NCBI GenBank assembly: GCA_964416155.1
Contig: CAYQCW010000005.1
Span: 64,001 to 128,000, forward strand
Reading direction: 5' to 3'
DNA: 64,000 nucleotides
Source: an uncultured Nitrososphaerota archaeon
Lineage (GTDB): Archaea; Thermoproteota; EX4484-205; JAAOZP01
The translations under genes were made by a program, and so were the position numbers. The notes under the pieces were generated by a model that did not search any database, was not told the DNA's origin, and saw nothing but the letters and a program-made list of their open reading frames with translations. Within the stretch, counting starts at the first letter, position 1. Every line of letters begins with the position of its first letter. Shown here piece by piece: positions 59,071 through 64,000 of this stretch.

Positions 59071-60612
59071 ATGGAGGACTGGCTTAAGACAGTAAAGCAA
59101 CTCTTGCCGAGAGTCGTGACGAGTGCCTACATGGCTATTCTCGAGGAGAACGCTGAAGCCCTGGGTTTCAGTAGGCTGTGCATGATGGAGAACGCTGGCT
59201 CAGCTACCGCACGTTTCATATCGTCGAAGACTGATGTCAGGGGTAAAACTTTCCTATTCCTGTGCGGAACGGGGAATAACGGTGGCGACGGGTTTGTGGC
59301 GGCTAGGCACCTTAGGAACGCGGGTGCCAGAATAGTGACGGTTCTCGTAGGCAGGCCTAGTGAAATAAGGAGTGAGGAGGCTAGGGTAAACTGGCTCCTC
59401 CTGCTTCACATGGATGATGTTGAGAAATTCTTCGTCGCAGACTCCTCCGAGACATGGGTTGTTAAGGGGCTCTTGGCGAAATGCGACTTCATAGTGGACG
59501 CTATGCTTGGCACAGGTATTAAAGGCGTTTTAAAGGAGCCTTTTGCCTCAATAGTTAGCGAGGTTAACTCCTCGGGCAAAACGGTTTTCGCTGTCGATGT
59601 TCCAACGGGGCTTGGCTCTGAGACCATTGAAAAGACTCTGACTGTTAAAGCATCCTACACTCTGACTTTCCACAAGCCTAAGGATTTTCTGGAGAACTCT
59701 CCCTACGCGGGGGAGGTTGAAGTGGCTGACATAGGCATACCTCTTGAGGCTGAGCTCTACACTGGGCCGGGCGACGTCAGGAGGGTTGTGAAAACTAGGA
59801 GGAGAGACTCGCACAAGGGTGACTATGGCTATGTTCTCGTAGTAGGCGGGAGTGAAACCTTCTCAGGAGCACCCGCTTTAGCAGCATTGTCAGCACTAAG
59901 AGTTGGGGCTGGCCTAGCGATAGTAGCTACTCCTAAGCCGGTTGCAGCCTCGGTTAGGGCAATGTCTCCGGACCTCGTGGTTTACGCCACGCCGGGGGAG
60001 CATCTTAACGCGGAGGCAATACCCCTTGTCTCCAAGCTTATGGATAAGGCTGACTCCATAGTGTTGGGCCCGGGCCTAGGGCTCCACGAGGAGACTGTTG
60101 AAGCAGTCAGGATGATCGTTAACGAGGCTAGGAGCAGGCTTCTGCCGGTTATAGTTGACGCAGACGGTTTCAAAGCATTCAAAGCCTTTCCAAGCCTGCT
60201 GAAGGGTGTTGTGGCTACGCCCCACCGCTGGGAGTTTAAACAGGTTTTCGAAGCTGAGCTTGAAGCCAGATGGTTTAAGAACGCGAGCATGCTCGTCGAG
60301 CTCTCTAGAAAACACGGTTTCACATTACTGCTCAAAGGATTTGAAACAGTCATTACCGACGGCTTAAACCTTAAGGTGAATAAGCATGCCACACCCGGTT
60401 TGGCGGTCGGCGGCACGGGGGACGTGCTTTCAGGCATAATCGCAGCCTTCCTAGCCTGGGGTAACAACGGGTTCAACTCGGCTGCTGCAGCAGCATATGT
60501 TCATGGGGAGGCTGGCTTAAAGGCTGTTGAGGAGAAGGGCTTCCACATAACTGCTTCAGACCTTGTTGAGAAACTACCGGGTGTGTTAAAGAAGTTTGAT
60601 AGGGAAGAGTAG
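59071..60612 (+). CDS. nnr: Bifunctional NAD(P)HX epimerase/dehydratase
   Basis: MENAG, GNNGGDG, DVPTG, HKGDYG, GPGLG, TPHRWEF, GGTGDVLSG. Confidence 0.95.
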   Translation: MEDWLKTVKQLLPRVVTSAYMAILEENAEALGFSRLCMMENAGSATARFISSKTDVRGKTFLFLCGTGNNGGDGFVAARHLRNAGARIVTVLVGRPSEIRSEEARVNWLLLLHMDDVEKFFVADSSETWVVKGLLAKCDFIVDAMLGTGIKGVLKEPFASIVSEVNSSGKTVFAVDVPTGLGSETIEKTLTVKASYTLTFHKPKDFLENSPYAGEVEVADIGIPLEAELYTGPGDVRRVVKTRRRDSHKGDYGYVLVVGGSETFSGAPALAALSALRVGAGLAIVATPKPVAASVRAMSPDLVVYATPGEHLNAEAIPLVSKLMDKADSIVLGPGLGLHEETVEAVRMIVNEARSRLLPVIVDADGFKAFKAFPSLLKGVVATPHRWEFKQVFEAELEARWFKNASMLVELSRKHGFTLLLKGFETVITDGLNLKVNKHATPGLAVGGTGDVLSGIIAAFLAWGNNGFNSAAAAAYVHGEAGLKAVEEKGFHITASDLVEKLPGVLKKFDREE

Positions 60613-60645
60613 ATGGGCAAGTGGAAGGAATGGCAGATAAGGAGA

Positions 60646-61092
60646 CTATCCCGCTGCTTTCCTCTTAGACCCCGTGTGCTTCCTCCTCCGCCTCCTGAAG
60701 CCCATCCTTTCCAAGAACTTCCTCTCGGCCTTCACGTCCTCCCGCATTTATAGGCCAAGACGAGGACCTCAACTCTCTTCTTTATTTCCTCTTTTTTGAT
60801 CGTCGCTCACGCCCTTCGCATCAAAGACCGAGCGAAGTAAGTGCATTCCTCTGGCGGCATGTTCGGAGGAAAGTATGGATTGCTTCAACCCCCGTTTTTC
60901 ACCGACTATCCTCGCGATCTCGTCGCCCCAGCTGAACAGGGCTATGAGCTCCCCGTACGTGGCCTCGTACTTCTTCCAGTTGCTCCCGTCCTTCAGATCC
61001 TTAATCGTCTTATCTAGCGCGGGTTTCGACAAGGAGGAGCAGTAAACAGCACGTGCCTTGATCCTCTTGCCTACAATCTCCGCACTACTCAT
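60646..61092 (-). pseudogene. Pseudogene of unknown family X, copy 2
   Basis: LDKTIKDLKDGSNWKKYEATYGELIALFSWGDEIA matches copy 1; frameshifted 3' part ends KFLERMGFRR. Confidence 0.72.
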
Positions 61093-61179
61093 GAAGTCAA
61101 GCTTTTAAGCGTAGCCCCTTTAGTTTTAAGGCATGATTAAAACAAGGCCTCGGGCAACATCGCGCGTGATGGTTGGGAC

Positions 61180-61905
61180 ATGAGGAAGAAAGTCTACGAG
61201 CAGCTGTTCGTGGGGACAAGTGGATGGGTCTATAGCTGGAATAGGGGTCAATCGCTAGACTGGTACATTAGAGAAAGCGGCCTGAATAGTGTCGAGCTTA
61301 ACGCAAGCTTCTACAGGTTCCCGTTTGGAAGCCAGGTTTACTCGTGGTCCAGGAAGACTCCCCGTGGCTTCAGATGGGTGGTGAAGGTCAACCGTATGGT
61401 TACTCACGTTTACCGTATGGGCTTCAAGGCGGTTAGCGTTTTCAACAGGTTCGCCAGCCTTTTCAAACCATTAGAGGGGAGCATAGACTACTATCTTTTT
61501 CAACTCCCCCCGTTTGTCGAGCCTAGCCAGAACATCGTCAGGAACATTGAAAGGTTTTTCGCTAAGACCGGGGTCGCGGAGAAGGCTGCGGTAGAATGGC
61601 GGAACAGTAAGTGGTTCAGCGGGGAATGGGAGGAGTGGGCCAGCAGCAGGGGTCTCACAATAGTCTCCTTGGACTCGCCGGACCTGCCTAGGCATGTCTT
61701 CAACACTACAGGCACGGTTTATCTTAGGATGCACGGCCGTTCATCTTGGTATTCTCATAATTACACGTTTGAGGAGTTGGAAGAGGTTGTACGCAACTTG
61801 CTTGTCACAAAGCCTAAGAGAATATTTATATTTCTGAATAATAATCACTACATGTTGAACAATGCCCGCATGATCCTGAAAATGCTAAAGGAGGCCGAGG
61901 CATAA
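61180..61905 (+). CDS. DUF72 family protein
   Basis: VGTSGW, VELNASFYRFP, LFQLPP, EWR, YLRMHGR, FLNN. Confidence 0.93.
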   Translation: MRKKVYEQLFVGTSGWVYSWNRGQSLDWYIRESGLNSVELNASFYRFPFGSQVYSWSRKTPRGFRWVVKVNRMVTHVYRMGFKAVSVFNRFASLFKPLEGSIDYYLFQLPPFVEPSQNIVRNIERFFAKTGVAEKAAVEWRNSKWFSGEWEEWASSRGLTIVSLDSPDLPRHVFNTTGTVYLRMHGRSSWYSHNYTFEELEEVVRNLLVTKPKRIFIFLNNNHYMLNNARMILKMLKEAEA

Positions 61906-62233
61906 GAATAGATCCGTTCCAGGAAATAGACGAGAAGGCGGGGGCTCAAAGGAGTTTATAGCCTCGGTGGGATCTTCAACAATGCGATAATAATCCCAAG
62001 CTGGACGGCCTGGCGGTCCTCGTACTAGCGTCGACGGTGGAGAGTTCATTAGGGTGCTAAGGGGAGCAGGGGCGGGCATCGCGCTATAACCCGAAAAGCC
62101 GATCGAGCCACTCAAAATCGAACATCCGACCTGCAACCCCTCTCCTTCGAGGATCTCGAACAGTTCCCGCATCCTTTCTCTTGAAAAACCTCTCAACATG
62201 TTTTTAGTCGGGCTCTTGCAAGGGGATCGCATC

Positions 62234-62281
62234 ATGGGAAAGAAAGCCTGCGAGCAGCTGTTTGTGAGAACTTCGGGCTGA
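62234..62281 (+). pseudogene. Diverged duplicate of the DUF72 gene 5' end
   Basis: MGKKACEQLFVRTSG* versus MRKKVYEQLFVGTSGW. Confidence 0.7.
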
Positions 62282-62283
62282 AG

Positions 62284-62820
62284 TTGAAAATGTCAGGCGA
62301 TAAGTTTATTTCTTTCCTCGACGAACTCCGTGAAAACATGGAGATAATGGTTCCCTACGTACCGTCTCCACTTGAGGTCGTCGAAAAGATGTTGGAGCTG
62401 GCCTGTGTGACGCCTAGAGATGTTGTTTACGACCTTGGCTGCGGAGACGGCAGGATGCTTATCGCTGCTGTTAAAAAGTTCGGCGCTAGGAAGGCTGTCG
62501 GATACGAGATAAGGAGGGATCTCTACGAGGAGCTTGTCAAAACGATTGAGAGGGAAGGATTGTCGAAAAGAATAATTGTCTACAACGAAGACCTGTTGAA
62601 CGCTAACCTTTCTGAAGCCACTGTCCTAACCCTCTTCCTGACGACGACCGCTAACGAGAAGATTAAGCCTAAGCTTGAGGCTGAGCTTAAACCCGGGACA
62701 AGGATTGTGAGCCACGAGTTCACATTCAAAGGATGGGCGCCTCAAAAAGTTGCTGAACTCTCATGGCACAAGATATACCTGTACGTAATACCGGATTGCA
62801 ACGCGCATTCTAGAAAGTAA
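62284..62820 (+). CDS. Class I SAM methyltransferase, archaeal protein-lysine methyltransferase-like
   Basis: VPYVPSP, YDLGCGDGR, ATVLTLFL, RIVSHEF. Confidence 0.88.
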   Translation: MKMSGDKFISFLDELRENMEIMVPYVPSPLEVVEKMLELACVTPRDVVYDLGCGDGRMLIAAVKKFGARKAVGYEIRRDLYEELVKTIEREGLSKRIIVYNEDLLNANLSEATVLTLFLTTTANEKIKPKLEAELKPGTRIVSHEFTFKGWAPQKVAELSWHKIYLYVIPDCNAHSRK

Positions 62821-62837
62821 ATCAAGCTTAAGGTTTT

Positions 62838-63521
62838 TCACGTTTTCCCTTTCAATAAATCCTGTCCGAAGGAGCAGTATTCTAGAAGAACGCAGCTCCG
62901 GCACAACGGTTTCCTTGCTCCGCAGGTTTTTCTCCCGTGCTCTATGAGTAGAAGGTGCGCCTTCAAGTAGGAGCCTGGTGGAAATATTTTCATCAGTTTT
63001 TCACGAGCCTCCTCGTAACCGTCTCTCAACCCTAGTAAACCGAGCCTGCGGGACACTCGGAAAACATGGGTATCTATTGGGAAAGTCTTTTTACCGCCTG
63101 CGAAGAGAAGTATTACGTCAGCAGTCTTAGGACCGACACCCGGTAGGCTCATCAACTCCCTCCTAGCCTCCTCCAGAGGCTTCTCGAAAACTTTCTCAAT
63201 ATTGCCACCATAATTCTTAACGACGATTCTAGCGAGCTTCTTCAAAACTCCGGCCTTAACATTGTAAAGACCCGACGATCTTATTGCTGACTTCAACTCG
63301 CGCAGCCCAGCTTTAGAAATACTATCCGGCGTTATGCCGATCGTCTCCCTAAGCTTCCTGACTGTTCTAGCCGTATTGACATCGGTCGTATTTTGAGACA
63401 GAACGGTAGCTACAAGAATCTCGAAGGCGCCCTTGCCCGAGAGTAGCGGAAAGCTCTCCCTGCTAAGCCTTATGGCCCCATCCAGCTTCCTCAGAATGGT
63501 TTCCCCATCTATTTTCTTCAA
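62838..63521 (-). CDS. nth: Endonuclease III
   Basis: LSQNTTD, LPGVGPKTAD, DTHVFRV, C-x6-C-x2-C-x5-C. Confidence 0.95.
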   Translation of the reverse strand: MKKIDGETILRKLDGAIRLSRESFPLLSGKGAFEILVATVLSQNTTDVNTARTVRKLRETIGITPDSISKAGLRELKSAIRSSGLYNVKAGVLKKLARIVVKNYGGNIEKVFEKPLEEARRELMSLPGVGPKTADVILLFAGGKKTFPIDTHVFRVSRRLGLLGLRDGYEEAREKLMKIFPPGSYLKAHLLLIEHGRKTCGARKPLCRSCVLLEYCSFGQDLLKGKT

Positions 63522-63934
63522 CGTTTTCAGATGGGGCTACTGCTCTTTAAATTTACAAACCTACGGGTTAAAACTTTTATCTCCTAGGCTTCCAATTAAG
63601 TTCAATGGGTCTCGAAGAAGGTTTTGAAGATAAGCTGTGTAGAAAGATTGAAGCAAAGCGTAGGGCTAGGCTCAGGAGAAGAGGCCCATATAGAAAGGCT
63701 TCACTCACCTTCAAGCAGAAAGGCTAAGATAAATTAGAAAGCACGTGAAAAATAATTCTGTTACACTGCATCCTTATCTGTTGCATATCCAGTTATAAAT
63801 TAAGAACATGACCCTGAAAAAAGAATGAAACGGATACTAATCTCGTCCTATAAATAGCTCTGTATAATGCCCCAGTACCGCAATATATATATCCTCTACA
63901 AGCCTATTAAGGAGGTGATAGAGAGAAATTGGGA

Positions 63935-64000
63935 ATGAAGAACTTTGAGCGTATAATTAAACTCCAATCTGCCATAATAATTATGCTGCTGATATTAACC
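63935..64000 (+). CDS. Start of a probable secreted protein (truncated by window)
   Basis: GGAGGTGA RBS upstream; MKNFERIIKLQSAIIIMLLILT signal-like start. Confidence 0.45.
   Translation, partial: MKNFERIIKLQSAIIIMLLILT

Noticed and set aside
1-64000. CRISPR array, rRNA genes, transposases or integrases
   Set aside because: No regularly spaced 24-40 bp repeats, rRNA-like tracts or recognisable recombinase motifs were seen.

Overview
Gene-dense segment of an archaeal chromosome. Rpo12, Rps8e, SRP19, Gar1, a TFEbeta-like factor, geranylgeranyl reductase, GPN GTPases and a tRNA with a non-canonical intron point to a TACK/Thermoproteota-type organism. Most of the window is housekeeping. The strongest signal is a concentration of chromosome-architecture genes: (i) a canonical smc-scpA-scpB condensin operon whose Smc carries a 162-aa mini-intein immediately after the Walker A lysine; (ii) a second, short, hinge-less SMC with Smc5/6-like head motifs (coalescin/ClsN type) and its own divergent kleisin-like and kite-like genes; (iii) an unannotated 45-aa Pro/Ala/Lys (AKK)6 microprotein resembling a histone H1 tail, with its own TATA box and T-tract. 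Other observations: a promoter-driven structured ncRNA candidate, an AT-rich island with a secreted aromatic/Gly-rich peptide and ABC exporter (archaeocin-like), a twice-repeated palindromic operator upstream of putative B12-uptake genes, a membrane-tethered HTH module with direct-repeat sites beside htpX, and diverged duplications and pseudogenes around nnr. All calls are from reading motifs by eye; no database searches were run.
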